A stretch of DNA of 64,000 nucleotides from NCBI RefSeq assembly GCF_009914755.1, contig NC_060926.1. One strand, 5' to 3'. The notes under the pieces were generated by a model that was not told the DNA's origin, made no database searches, and saw only the letters and a list, made by a program, of their open reading frames with translations. The translations under genes and the position numbers were made by a program. This document shows, piece by piece, positions 1-17,364 of the stretch; the first letter of the stretch is position 1; each line of letters starts with the position of its first letter. The DNA comes from the human T2T-CHM13v2.0 reference genome, Homo sapiens.

Positions 1-279
1 CCTCTGGTTGGAGGAGGTGACATGCCCAATCTTGTGGTGAAGGAGGTGGGGGAAATGTTATTGATAATTATACCAGAACGAATGACACATAGCAGGGTAA
101 GAAGGCAGTTCCCAAAACAAAAATATGTTGAAAAGACAAAAAAAGTTTAGATTTCTAGTACACCTTGCTAATTGGATTATGGTTAATACTTATTGTCTTC
201 TCTGTGCCTTTTCATATTTCCATATTGGACAGTTAACAAGTAGTATTTTGTAATCAGAAAAATTTTTAAAAATAATTTT

Positions 280-2250
280 CCAAAAATAATGAAGTAATAA
301 ATTTAACAAAAATGTAAGATTTGTGTGCTAAAAATGACAAAACATTGTTGAAAGATTTAAGACCTAAATACCTGGAAAGTATCCTATGTTCATGGATAAG
401 AATACTTAACATTGTTAAGATGATAATCCTCCCTAAACTGATCTAACTGATCTATAGATTCAACACTCCTATCAAAATTCCAGCTGGCTTTTTTCCATAA
501 ATTATAAACCTAAAATTCATATGGAAATGCAAGAAACACAATAGTTAAAACAAACTGGAAAATGAAGATAGATGACTCATACTTCCTGATTTTCAAACTT
601 ACTGCAAAGCTATACAGTGATGTAATGGTATAAGATGAACATACAGGTCATTGTAATAGAATGGAGTCTCTAGAAATAAACCCTTACATTTATGAACTGT
701 TTATTTTTGAAAAGGGTACCAAGACTATTCAGTGGGAAAGAAGAATCTTTTCAACAAAAGGTGCTTGGACAACTGAATATCTACATGCAAAATAATGAAT
801 TTGGACCTTTACCTCACACCATGTACAAAATTAACTTAATGGATCATCTACCAAAAAGTAAAACTATAAAATATATATTCTTAGAGGAAAAAAGAGGAAT
901 ATATTTTTGTGATCTAGGAGTAGCCAATGGATTGTTAGACATGGCACTAAAAGCACAGGAACAAAATTTAAAAATAGGTAAATCGCACTTCCAAAATTTA
1001 AAACTTTCGTGCTTTGAAGGATATCATCAAGAAAGTGCAAAGAAGCTGGGCATGGTAGCTCACACCTATAATCCCAGCACTTTGGAAGACTGAGGCAGGC
1101 GGATCACTTACGGCCAGGAGTTCAAAACCAGCCTCGCCAACGTGGCAAAAAACCGTCCCTACTAAAAATACAAAAATTAACTAGGCATGGTGGTGCACAC
1201 CAGTAATCCCAGCTACTCAGGAGGCTGAAGCATGAGAATCGCTTGAACCAGGGAGGCGGAGGTTGTAGTGAACCGAGATTGCGCCACTGCACTCCAGCCT
1301 GGGCGACAGAGTGGGACTCTGTCTCAAAAAAAAAAAAAAATGCAAAGAACAACCCATAGAATTGGAGAAAATATTTGCAAATCATATATTTGATGAGAGA
1401 CTTGTGTCTAGAATATAAAAAGAACCTGTGACTCAATTATAAAGACACCCAGTTCAAATATGTGGAAAGGATTTGAATAGACATTTCTCCAAAGAAGATA
1501 AACAAATGGCCAGTAAGCACATGAAAAGATGTTCAACATCATTAGTCATTAGGGAAATCAAGTCAGAACCACAATGAGATACCATTTCACACCCACTAAG
1601 TATGCCTAAATGTAAAGAGAAAGTAATAAGTGTTTGTGAGGATGTGGAGAATTTGGAACCTTTCTGTGTTACTGGTGGGATTGTAAAATGATGTAGCCAC
1701 CTTGGAAAACAGTTTGCCAGTAACGCAAAATGTTAAACATAGTGTTATCATAGGACCCAGGAGTTCTACAGCAGCAGTTTATACAGCAGTTTATATCCAA
1801 GAGAATTGAAAACGTCAACACAAAAACCTGTACATGAGTATAGCAGCATTAGTCAAAATAGCTAAAATGTGGTAATAACCCAAATGTCCAGCAACTGAAG
1901 AATGTGTAAACTGTATCTCATACAACAATGTTTTTCAGCAATAGGAATAAGAACTGATACCTGCAACAACATGGATGAACCTTGAAAATACAATTTCCAT
2001 GAAAAAAGCAAGTTACAAAGGTCACATACTGTATGATTCTATTACACAACATGCCCAAAATAGACAAATCCATAGAGATAGTAGATTAGTGGTTGCCAGG
2101 GTCTGGAGGAGGGAGGGATGGGGAGTGACTGCTGATGGGGTTGGAGTTCCTTTTTGGCATGATGAAAATGTTCTGGAATTAGATAATGTTGATAGTTGCA
2201 CAATTCTGAATATATTTAAAAATCACTGAACTGTACACTTTAAAAGGCTT
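280..2250 (+). mobile_element. Old L1M LINE (ORF2 3' part and 3' UTR), interrupted by an Alu
   Basis: Degenerate L1 ORF2-like text (ttcaacaaaaggtgc...atctacatgcaaaa; aagcacatgaaaagatgttcaacatcattagtcattagggaa). Confidence 0.8.
1045..1340 (+). mobile_element. AluS
   Basis: Dimeric Alu with A tail, nested in L1. Confidence 0.9.
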
Positions 2251-2254
2251 AATT

Positions 2255-2580
<326 letters not shown>

Positions 2581-2729
2581 TAAAGCAGTTATTAACAAAC
2601 AAAAAGATCTGATATGGTAGAAAAAACTATTGTCATTGCACATTTCCACTTCCATTTTCTCTAACTTAATGATATTGTTAGAGAATATATAGAGGTGAAG
2701 ATTGTGACTTTAATTTTCTTTTTTCATAG

Positions 2730-2832
2730 CACTGTTGCAAGAATTCAATTCCGTCTTCCTGATGGTTCTTCCTTTACAAATCAGTTCCCTTCTGATGCTC
2801 CTCTAGAAGAGGCAAGGCAGTTTGCTGCACAG
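2730..2832 (+). CDS. UBXN4: UBXN4 internal coding exon (start of UBX domain)
   Basis: ttttcatag|...cag|gtaaat; encodes (S)TVARIQFRLPDGSSFTNQFPSDAPLEEARQFAAQ, typical UBX RIQFRLPDG motif. Confidence 0.95.
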
Positions 2833-3074
2833 GTAAATTTATGTCTTGAGTTGTAGTAAAAATAGATGTGTAGGTTACTAAATTATAGGAAGGGAAAATT
2901 TCAAAGCAGAAGTTGAATGTGAGTGAATTGTGACCTCTCCAGGAGGGAGGCACAAGACGCCTCTGAGATATTGTGGAAATTCTGTCGGGTGTTAGTGCAT
3001 ATGGGAGTAACATATCTGCTTTGTGTGCAGAAGTAGGAATTTGCTGATATTGTATAATAGGTCCTGGGAACTTT

Positions 3075-3373
<299 letters not shown>

Positions 3374-4085
3374 CACTGGGAACTTTTTTCACTGATTAGT
3401 AGACTCATTGAAGGAGTGACAGGCAAGTGATTTCCCGAAGGTCTGATGTGAGGGAATTGTCCCACTCCCCTGAAATGGAAGCAGTTTTTCTCACTCCTCT
3501 CTCCATTTCCTACAGATTGCTTAGGGGCTGGTCATTTTCCTACGATTTACCTTTTGGCTAAGGAAAAAGAGGCAGTAAACTTTATTTGACAATAGTATCT
3601 TCTTCAGGAATTTACTTCCAAAAGGTGGCCTTACTCAGAATCTGAATGGAGTATATATCTTGAGATATGAGTAGTTTTCAATTTATTTTTATTCCCTGAT
3701 TGATTCCTTATTCAAAACGGATTCTGAGCATCAGATGTCCTTTGGGTTCTAGGCTCATTATATGTATCAGTATTTTTTTCATATATATAATTTCAAGGTT
3801 AAAATTAGGGATTTGGGTTCAGATCTTTCCGCCAGACCTTTTCTCCACATTTGGTCGTCTTCTTGCACTCGTGAACTAGGCTGGACAATGTAAACGTTTA
3901 TTTTAAAAACTGTTTCCCCCTAAGCTTTATAGTAGAAACAGTCCCAAATAGGTGCTTTCATTCTTCTTTTGTCTTGGAGCCTCCCACAATGTGTCCCCTG
4001 TCCTGAGTTTCACTGCTTTTGCCACAGGTAAATGGAGAAGGGACTACATCTTTGATTGCATGTGTCCTATTAAAACTCCACCTCA

Positions 4086-4819
<734 letters not shown>

Positions 4820-5428
4820 CTAGGGAAAGATACACAGATGTCTAAGATTTTACAAGTGATTTTTGTATATAGAGGACTTAAAATTGTGAGGGTGACTTAC
4901 AGTGCTGTCCATTGTACGTTCCTGGATCTGGTATTGTGTGTATCATGTAGGTTGATTATGGACCATTTATGCCTTGAGACAAGGAGGAGGCTACACTTCC
5001 TGAAGGTATATATGAGGGAAATACTGGTCTAGTCCAAATTCTTAATAGGGATTACCTGTAATCCAAATGTGTGTTCATGAGACATTAAGTTTGCCAAAGG
5101 ATAGTGAAAACCTAATGATGAACTGCAACAGTACTTAAAGGAGATACACAATTGTCCATTTTTACTCAATTTATTTGTGTGTTTTTAGGAACTATATTTT
5201 GCTATTTTGTGGTCATCTTTGAGTTACAGAAGCTTTTAAAAACTATTTGGATTTGATAGCTTTTCAGCTGCTTAGGGGCTGGAAGCACAATTTTATACCT
5301 TTTTTTGAGTTTACATGTAATGAACTTTTAAAATTAAGGCAATGTTAATTAAAGCATCATTTTGGATTCATCTGAGTAATATCTTACTTTTAAAGGCACT
5401 CTTTAAGTTTTTAAAACTTATTTTACAG

Positions 5429-5560
5429 ACTGTTGGCAACACTTACGGTAATTTTTCGTTAGCAACCATGTTTCCCAGGAGGGAATTTACCAAAGAAGAT
5501 TATAAAAAGAAGTTACTGGATTTGGAACTTGCCCCAAGCGCTTCGGTGGTACTGTTGCCA
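5429..5560 (+). CDS. UBXN4: UBXN4 coding exon (UBX domain, FPR loop)
   Basis: ttttacag|ACT...CCA|gtatgt; TVGNTYGNFSLATMFPRREFTKEDYKKKLLDLELAPSASVVLLP, contains the p97/VCP-binding FPR motif; in frame with flanking exons. Confidence 0.95.
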
Positions 5561-6269
5561 GTATGTATATACAGATGCATTTTTTTCTCTTCTTATTGTT
5601 TTCTGTTTATCATACTCTTCATTTCTTATAATTAGGGGAAAGGAAGTGCACAGATATACTGAAGGTAATTAAAATTCAAGTGATCCAATAATTAGATGAA
5701 TTTATAATTCCATTATCCTGTGCTTTATTTGTATTGCTGATATTACTTGTGAGACATGAAACAGTTTAATTTTTAACTTTTTTCTTCACATATTTTTGTG
5801 TACAAAAAAATGACCAATAGGAGAAGACAGTAAGAAATGCAGATTATCTGTCTAATCCACACACTTAGTGTCTTTTATTTATATATGCTCTACTGTTTGC
5901 CAAAAATAACATGAATATTCAAACAGATTATCCCATTTGATCTGCACAACAATATTTTAATCTCTGGTGAAGAAAAGAAGCTCAGACAGCTTAAATGACT
6001 GCTGCCGTAACTGGGATGAGAGCCTGGGTCTTCTGTGTCCTGGTTAACATAGTTTTCCTTGCTCTATACTAGACGTGCCCTCCACCCCAAAACAGTTAGC
6101 TCTCCAGTAATCAGGATTTCATTGTTTGAACCTTTTTTTTTAAATCAGCAAGAAAGACTCTTCTTATAAAAGTTTAATATTCTTAAAAAATAGTTGGCTC
6201 ATTTCACTGAGAACTACTTTCTAGTTTGTATATTACAATTTCTCTTAAACACAGCTCCAAATATTATAA

Positions 6270-6470
6270 CATAAAATTACAATTGTATATATAATATACA
6301 ATATTATACAATTATATACAATTATTATATAAAATAATTATATAAAATAATTTTATAATTATATATTATATAAAATATAATATATATAATATATAAAATA
6401 ATTGTATACTATACAATTATACAGTTATTATACAATTATATACAATTGTATAATATTGTATATTTATCTT
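6270..6470. repeat. AT-rich low-complexity / degenerate (TA)n tract
   Basis: Repeated tatacaatta / atataaaata units. Confidence 0.85.
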
Positions 6471-6659
6471 TAAAAACTTCTGGGAGTCTTCAGAAGTTTA
6501 TATATACGTGAAAAACAGCAAAAGATATCATTTTACCCTCTTGAAGTAAACTAAAATTGGTAGGACCTCCTTTTCCAGATAAAAGTTTCATCTGGAACCT
6601 TGGGCGTGATGTGATTGTGCTAACGTAGTCTTTATCTAGGTTTGTTTATTAATTTCTAG

Positions 6660-6862
6660 GCAGGAAGACCAACTGCATCCATTGTACACTCTTCCAGCGG
6701 AGACATTTGGACCTTGTTGGGAACAGTGCTTTATCCATTCCTTGCCATCTGGAGATTAATTAGCAATTTCTTGTTTAGTAATCCGCCTCCCACACAGACT
6801 TCAGTGAGAGTAACATCGTCAGAACCCCCAAACCCTGCATCATCTAGCAAATCAGAAAAAAG
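6660..6862 (+). CDS. UBXN4: UBXN4 penultimate exon (hydrophobic membrane-anchoring segment)
   Basis: tttctag|GCA...AG|gtatct; AGRPTASIVHSSSGDIWTLLGTVLYPFLAIWRLISNFLFSNPPP...KSEK. Confidence 0.95.
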
Positions 6863-7419
6863 GTATCTGTGTGTGTTTTCCCCATTTATAAAATATGTAA
6901 GTCATGCCCAGTATCTTTTTTAAGTAAAAAGTTGAGTACTTTGCCTTTCTGTATATGTCCTCTCCAGTTCCCACGGTGGAGGAGAAAAACTCCGATGCTC
7001 TGAAACTTTATTACATCATCTCTACTGCAGAGCTCACTACCTGCGTTTTCTCAGCCAGCTTTATAAAACCAATTTTTTGGAAAGCAGCTTCACCTCTACT
7101 GGTTTATTGTTTCATTCATTGAAGTTTCTTTACCCCATAACTATCAAGGCAGATTTTTTTTTCTAGTAACCTCTTTCTTGCTAACCATGTTTGCTTGACA
7201 AGATAGTTCATTGCATTAATCGTTCAGGGTCATCTTGCATAATTACTGTAGGTGAACTACTCTGTTTTGATCATTTTAACCCTGTTGGTTCTTTTATCTA
7301 CCGGCTGACAGCCTTGTCTGGATCATTCAGAGAAGGACCAAATTGTGGAAACAGGTTATTGCTTTGAAAATTCTCTCTCAGAGAATTATTTTGGACTAAT
7401 CCCTTAACCAAGAGACCAG

Positions 7420-7745
<326 letters not shown>

Positions 7746-8209
7746 TTAGCATAGTAATACAACACTGACAATTTTAACTCCTATCTTTGTTAAGATTTTA
7801 TATACTTGAAACAGGTTAATGGGAAGTATTTTCCTAGAAAGTAAGATTATGCCCCTTTCTAATAATTACATAATAATGTAACTTACTGAAATGGACACCG
7901 CTGTTAAGCACTCTATGAGGCCTTTTATAGGCATTATAACAAATCTTCATGCCAGTCCTATGTGATAAGTAATAGAAATTCTTTTTTCTCTGCCCTCAGT
8001 ATGGAGAAGCCCTAGTCATGTGTTTATGTATTCCATAGGTAATGACATATAAGTATTGTGATTGGGCTGCTTTGTCCTTTATCTTATTTCATAACTGTTA
8101 GGCAGGAAGACCAGTTACCTACTAAGTACGTTACTGTAGTGAGGACAGAGGGAAGCTCAAACAAGGCTGAATCTTAAAACTCTTACTGAGCAATGGGTGG
8201 GAGCATTTA

Positions 8210-8572
<363 letters not shown>

Positions 8573-9225
8573 ACTTTTTTCAAATAAGAGAAAGGTCTTA
8601 GATTAGAGCAAAGGATGGAATAAAAGGTGTGTCAAAGAGAGGGTGAAGCTTTGTGTTCCACCATTATTTTTCCTTTTTTCTCTCCCCTCTAGAGTTATAA
8701 AAGTCTGTTGGCTTAAATTTTATCCTTATACCTTTGTATTTTCAGAATAGGAAGTCCTCTTCATTCTTAATTGTTTATAAATAAGTCATTCTTGAAGATT
8801 TTGCGAAGGATTTAAAATTGACCCTTTCTGTCAAGCTGACTGGAGCTTTGGATAGTCTCTAGGGTGCTAAGTTACAAATGTTTTAGTAGATAATGTCGGC
8901 TTGCATAAATAACAAAGGAAAGATTAGTTGGCAAATGGTCACACTCCTCTAATGCTTATTAAGTCACTAAGAAACACAATGGAAATGGAATATATGATTT
9001 GGCTGGCTGGCTTGACTTAGAGATCAGATGAAGCTAAACTACCAAAGACTGCTAAAGTCTAGTACTGTGTTAGTAGATATAATGGTCTCCCATGGACTTT
9101 CCTTACTTTAGATGGCATTAAAAGTAAAACTTAGTTGCCTGTACTGATGGAAGTTGGAAACAGCTTGTATTACTATTGTTTTTATTTTATGACATCTTCC
9201 CCTTGCTCCCTCTTTTTCGTATCAG

Positions 9226-9364
9226 GGAACCAGTGAGAAAAAGAGTGCTGGAAAAACGTGGAGACGACTTTAAAAAGGAGGGGAAAATTTATAGATTAAG
9301 GACTCAAGATGATGGTGAAGATGAAAACAACACTTGGAATGGAAATTCCACTCAACAGATGTAG
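9226..9364 (+). CDS. UBXN4: UBXN4 last coding exon
   Basis: Polypyrimidine tract then atcag|G; EPVRKRVLEKRGDDFKKEGKIYRLRTQDDGEDENNTWNGNSTQQM*, conserved TWNGNSTQQM C-terminus; stop TAG 9362-9364. Confidence 0.95.
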
Positions 9365-11535
9365 TGTGACAAGTATAATATGTGCAATAATCATTGTTTC
9401 TCTTATGATTTAATTCAACTAAAATTCTACTGGAGAAGTGGGACTGCTTTATATTTTCCAACTGGTCTATAAAATGTCTCTTTATTCCTGCTTAGTGGGT
9501 GTGGGTTGAAGGTGTTTAACTCAGAAAAGTAAAGACAGGAAATAACTCTCTGCTAGGTCCTTGCTTATATGGCAACCACTGCTAGAACCCTAAAAGAACC
9601 AAAAATCTGCCACAGCCTGCCTCCATCAGCTTCTTATTTAGTATTTCATATGCCCATTAGCCCTATGCTTCAGATGACACGTTTTGTTTAGAGCTACTTT
9701 GCTCCAAGACTCTTAAGCCCAAAGTAACTGGTATGTCACTGAGTAACTTGACTCGGTGTCAGAGCATTTTAACTAGCCACTCAGATGAGAATTTATGTTT
9801 AACTTCTCTTTTTACTCATCAGCTGCAAGCAAAATCTTGTAGTTTTTAATCTTAAACACTGAATAAAAAAACTTTCCCCTAAATTGGAATGATCTTAGTT
9901 TTGCTTTGAGTTTTGTTATCTAGCATCTTTTTGTTGCACAGGGCTCTATTGAGGTCCTATGTCTCTGATTTTTTTTTTCCCCAGTATTGCCCTGGAGCTG
10001 TCTCTGGAAAGTAGCTGGCGAGGTTACCTTAACTATCACTGAAGAAAGAAATTTTCTGACACACTGATGGCATGTGACTTGTCTCCTAAGTCAGTGAGGC
10101 ATCACTTTGTTTGCATAAAGTATACGGTTTGTTAAGGCCTTTGTTCTTGTGAGATGCAAAACAGCTGCTAGTCTGCAACCTAGTTTTCCCTCTCACCTTT
10201 AACTGACGTTTTGTCCTCAATAATTACACAAGGACCTAGAGTACCTATAGGACAAAAAGTATAGAATAAAAATATGCCTTTAGTCATTTGGTTTTTCTTA
10301 AAAAGTTGAGATTCTTAATCTGACTTACATGTTACTTTATCCGTATGTCTTTGTTAGTGGAGACCGCTAAACTAATGATGTTTGAAAACAGTTCCTCTGT
10401 TTTAGATTGGAAGATAGCACTCTAGAGTGGACATACGGAAAGACTGTGACTTTATTTTGTAATGGGAGGAAGAAATTTTCTCAGAGCAAACTTTCTATTT
10501 TTTACCTGTGAAATAACAGTGACTTTTTAAAATGGTGACAGTGTTGGCAAGGAAACAGCAACACAGGCTGCGCTGTTGGTAGGAGTGAAAACCAGTATAA
10601 TTCTTCTGAAAAACATTTATCAGAAACTTAAAATATTTCATACCGTTTGATCCAGTAGCTTCTTCTAAATCATAAATGCAGACAATGTTTAGGTAAAGAC
10701 ATACTCATTAAGTGTTATTTATTTTACTCAAGAACTGGAAACCAACTAAATGCCTTCTATAGAAGTAATTTTTGATGAGGAGAAATGGTACAATACTAAT
10801 TAACAACTTGGTTTAACATGTTTACTGAGCATCTGTTAAGTGTTGGGGGAAAAAGCAGCAGGATCCAGAGCTATAGGTACAGTGTGATCTCAGCTTTGCA
10901 AACACATTTTCTACATAGATAGTACTAGGTATTAATAGATATGTAAAGAAAGAAATCACACCATTAATAATGGTAAGATTGGTTTATGTGATTTTAGTGG
11001 TATTTTTGGCACCCTTATATATGTTTTCCAAACTTTCAGCAGTGATATTATTTCCATAACTTAAAAAGTGAGTTTGAAAAAGAAAATCTCCAGCAAGCAT
11101 CTCATTTAAATAAAGGTTTGTCATCTTTAAAAATACAGCAATATGTGACTTTTTAAAAAAGCTGTCAAATAGGTGTGACCCTACTAATAATTATTAGAAA
11201 TACATTTAAAAACATCGAGTACCTCAAGTCAGTTTGCCTTGAAAAATATCAAATATAACTCTTAGAGAAATGTACATAAAAGAATGCTTCGTAATTTTGG
11301 AGTAGGAGGTTCCCTCCTCAATTTTGTATTTTTAAAAAGTACATGGTAAAAAAAAAAATTCACAACAGTATATAAGGCTGTAAAATGAGAATTCTGCCCC
11401 CTCACCTCTTACCCCAGTACTATTCTCCAGAGGTAATCTATTAACAATTTCTTATGTAATTTTCAGAAAATTTGTATGCGTATATAAGCAAATATGTAAT
11501 CTTTATTTTTTAAATAAATGGGATCATATTATATA
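9365..11535 (+). other. UBXN4: UBXN4 3' UTR with tandem poly(A) signals
   Basis: AATAAA at 9862, 10265, 11109 and 11513; AT-rich; true end inferred from the distal signal. Confidence 0.7.
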
Positions 11536-12160
11536 TTCTACCTTGCATCTTGCTTTTTTGCTTACATAGTCTTGAGATCTTTTCCTGTCGACACTGAGCT
11601 ACCTCATTTTTAATGGTTGCATAGCATTCTGCTTGATGAATGTACTGCATTCAGCTTACTGTCCATGCTCTGGTGGCAGTCAGTGGTTATTACACAATTT
11701 TGTTTTTCTATTACAAACATTGCCATCGTAAGCAACCTTCAGTGGGAGGTATAGTCTTACTGTGAAAATATACCTGTAGAATATGTTTGTATAACTTGCT
11801 AAGTGAAAGAAGAGTGTTTGCAGTTTGGATTGTGAAAGATGCTGTTGCATTGCCTCCTCTACAAGCTGTGTGAATTTGAACCCCTACCAACAGTCATGAG
11901 AATGTCCATTTTCCCACACCCTTGCCAACACTGTATTATCATACTTTCTTAGCTTTGTCAAAATGATGGATGAAAAATGATACAATCTCGTATGCATTGT
12001 ATTTATCATGAATGAAGTGAGCATCTTGATGTTATTGATCAGTTTGGCTTATCGTGAGAGCTCCGTGTATTCCTTGCCAATTTTTGTTTTCATATTTTTC
12101 TTACTGATTTATAAGACTACTGTGTACATTACAGCCATTTGCTAGCATATGCAGTGAATA

Positions 12161-12477
<317 letters not shown>

Positions 12478-13021
12478 TTCTCCCTCCCTTTTGTTGAGTA
12501 TATTTGGTAATTTTTTCCACAGTATTATCTGTGTTTTCCTTTATGACCTCCAGGTCTTGAGTCTTGCTTATAAATACCTTTCCCACTTCAAAAATTAATT
12601 TTTTTATATCCTAGGATTCTTATGGTTTCCTTTTTGTATGTTTAAATCTGGTATCCAAGGAAAGGACCTGGCTCCTTCCCATGCCCGTGGCTAACATCCC
12701 CAGGAGCCTGTTCCCTCACTGCCTTCATGGGCCCTCTGCCCCGAGTAGGCGCACTGCCTGCGAGGTGGGCATCTGTTCCATGTGCAGATGCTTCTGTGTC
12801 TAGGCTTTCTCTTCCTTTATTGATCTGTTTGCTCTCTGCTATACCAAACTAAGCTAGCTTTATAATGTGTTTTAATCTTCTTCCCCCAGATTTATCCTGG
12901 CTCTTCTTACAAGTTTATTTCATATATGAAACTTCTTTATATTATTTTGTTAGTGTTGTCCCAAAAAAGTGATGTTGAGTTTTGAGATTATTTAGGTATA
13001 ATTGGCACCTTATGATACTGA

Positions 13022-13337
<316 letters not shown>

Positions 13338-14338
13338 CAACAAATGTCTTTAATATCAATTTTAGAACCACCCCCACCCCCATCTGACAAACTTTTCCAG
13401 TCGATTGATGGAGAAAAATGCTTGTGCACCACAAGCTCCTGACTGCCAGGTTGGGACTCATGGCGTTGGAATGTTTTGATAGGGAAAGGAATGCTTACAA
13501 GAAGCAAATTTCAAGTGTGATCATCCTTTTAAGACCAGCCCAAAATTACTCTGTTTTTACAAAACATTTTCCCAGCTATCTAGATGTAATATATGGGCCA
13601 ATCAAGTGTTTAGGTGTTTCACACTGAGATTGTCTCTCAGCACATTTGAGGGGATTGTAAAGAACATATCTCTGCTCCCACCACTGCCCTGGAAATGCTA
13701 TGTGAATGGGTGAACACACGAAAGGAGCATTTGTGCTTTTCATTGCTCTCTCCAAGTTGTGCTTGCCAGAGACAATGAGACATGGTCCTTGGCCTTAAGA
13801 AGCTGATGATAGAGAAATACGCAATTCCAGTATAGAAACTGGATGGTCAAGTTGTAATAGGGGATATTTACAAGCAAAGCAGACGAAGGAGAATCTGCCT
13901 GGGGATTTCAGGGAAGCCATTCAGAGGAGGAAGTACATTATTTCAGCTGAGACTTAAAGGCATTTTCAGAAGAAAGGGCATCCTAGGTGGAAGGAGTAGC
14001 ATTTGGGAAGACACAAAGGAATATGGATAGTTGTCCTATGTGCCGTTTAGAACTACCACAAATTGGGAAAGGAGAAAGGAAACAGACTAAATGAACCAAG
14101 GTCAGATGGGAGAGCTGGGGATGGCATAAAAAGTGGCAGTGGGGGTGTTCGAGGGGTGGGAAAAGGCCACTTTCTGCATGTTGTGGTATTTGCCCCAAGG
14201 AATATAATGTCAACAGAAAGACTTGGTCTGGTGAGAAAGCTTAATCGGAGCTCCAGATGGCTTGTGTGACTTCATAACTTCTCTTGAACCTACTTTCTCA
14301 AGGAGGGGCAACCATAGGAGAAAGGACAGTCTGCTGTT

Positions 14339-14344
14339 TTTATT
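14339..14344 (-). terminator. LCT: LCT polyadenylation signal AATAAA
   Basis: tttatt on + strand ~455 nt past the LCT stop codon. Confidence 0.8.
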
Positions 14345-14798
14345 TTCTGGAAAACACAAGATGTGAAGCTAGGGAGAGCTTGCAGAAGGGCAGGAGATGA
14401 TATTGCAGTCTATGCAATGGAGTTGATTTCTTCTTATAGGAAGGATTTTTACGGTTTTTGCTCCCTTAACAACCCTTAACAACTCTGAAACTTAAAACAG
14501 CCCTGTTAAGTTCAATTAAGTGGTTCACAGACCCACTAGACCAGTATCTACACGTTTCCGCAAGAGCTACTTGCTTCTCAAATGCCCAAATGAACTCTGA
14601 TACTGGAGCAAGATGGAGATATTTCCATTTTACTCAGCAAGTCGAAATCATTCAAGATTAAAGTCATCTCTAACGGTGCAGCAGGACTTTATGGAGAAGT
14701 CCAGTATCAGCAGAGTCTAAGACCCTAAGGTGTTTGGTGGCCGGTAAAGATAGATGAAGAAACTAGGCCTGCTTCATAGAACTTGAGGTGGTAACTCA

Positions 14799-15161
<363 letters not shown>

Positions 15162-15236
15162 TCACTGTGTGTCAGGAGCCTCTGAGTGAAGTTAAGCAGT
15201 TGTATTTTTTAAACATCTCTATCAGCAATTAGAATA

Positions 15237-15603
15237 CGGTTGAATATCCCTTATCTGACATGCTTGCTTGGGATCAGAAGTGTTTCAGATTTGGGATTTT
15301 TTAAGATTTTGGAATATTTGCATATACATAATGAGATATTTTGGGGATGGGACCCAGGTCTAAATATGAAATTCATATATGTTTTATATGCAACTTATCC
15401 ACGTGGTGTGAAGGTAATTCTATACAATATGTTAAATAATTGTGTGCATGAAACAAAGCTTTAACTGTGTTTTGACTGCGACCTGTCACATGGGGTCAGG
15501 TGTTGAATTTTCCATTTGTGTTGTCATGCCAGTCATGCTCAAAAAGTTTCAGATTTTGGAGTATTTTGGATTTTGAATTTTCAGATGAAGGATTCTCAGC
15601 CTG
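15237..15603. mobile_element. Tigger4/MER46-family DNA transposon
   Basis: TA|cggttgaatatcccttatctga...tcagatgaaggattctcagcctg|TA: degenerate TIRs and TA target duplication. Confidence 0.75.
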
Positions 15604-15902
15604 TATAATTGAAACTGGATAATTGTCATTTACATTTGTGTAGTGATTTATACTCTTACATTTAACAAATACGGGGCACCCACATGGTGCAGGCATTGTA
15701 CTTTCATGGTCCCTTTATTTGATCCTTATAACTGCCCTGAAGCATGTGCCTGGTTTCTTATCTATGAGTGCACAGCAAGTTAGTGGTAGGGCTGGAAGAA
15801 GAGTCTAGACCTGCTTATTCCCAGGTCAGGGCTCTGGTTTCTAGGTGTAACATTGACCCTAAGTGTCCTTTGTTCCACCCCAGGAAATGTCTGGAGCATT
15901 CA

Positions 15903-16277
<375 letters not shown>

Positions 16278-17025
16278 TCAAACACAGAGGACTAGGCATA
16301 AGTTTCCTATCTCATAAGGCAGCTTCCTGCCAGGCCTTCGGAAGCCAGGTCTGCCTACTGCTCTCCCCACCGCCTTCACAGATGGCGGTAAGCTTTGGCT
16401 TTAGCTCTGTGAGAAAGCTGCCCCTTTCTTTGCATGCAGTGACTGTTAGCGGGTCCTCTGTGGATGGAGATGTAGAGCCACCAGCATCTTTAGAAAGGCT
16501 CAGCCCTGAATGGGAGTCGGGAACATGGGTGGACTAATTTCCCTGGGTCACCTACACTTCTATCCATGATCTTGGTCAGTGCCTTAGAATGTTAATGCTT
16601 CTCCCTGTAGAAAATAGCCCTTAGATAGAATATATTTCAGCTGGGTAGGATTTTTCTAATCATTTCCTTTGCTGGTGCATTGCTTGCTCTTTTACTCAGC
16701 ATTTGTTCCATTCTCTTATCCTCATGGTCCCATCTCAAGTTGTTAGGGCTGAGCCAAGAGCCTCAAACTTTTGCTCGGAGACTAAGAGACCCTACAGGCA
16801 ACCACACAGCCTACTCCTCCTGGGCCCTACCCAGACCATTCTCAGGAGGGCACTGCTGTTCCGACATCAGGGAGGATCAAGGGGAGCAAGTGACTCAGGC
16901 CAGGAACTAGGGTTTGGTGGCATCAGGCCACTGGGCTTGCTTGCTGAGCTTAGACATAGGAAGGAAAAAAACTCAGAGTGCGGCCCTAAAGCAAAGCTTA
17001 ACCCCCACAGGAGCAAGAAGCCTTA

Positions 17026-17364
<339 letters not shown>

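Noticed and set aside
692-1093. 133-aa ORF
   Set aside because: Degenerate L1 ORF2 sequence running into an Alu; not a gene.
14463-14482. 10-nt tandem duplication CCCTTAACAA in the LCT 3' UTR
   Set aside because: Real but a trivial slippage event; no identifiable function.
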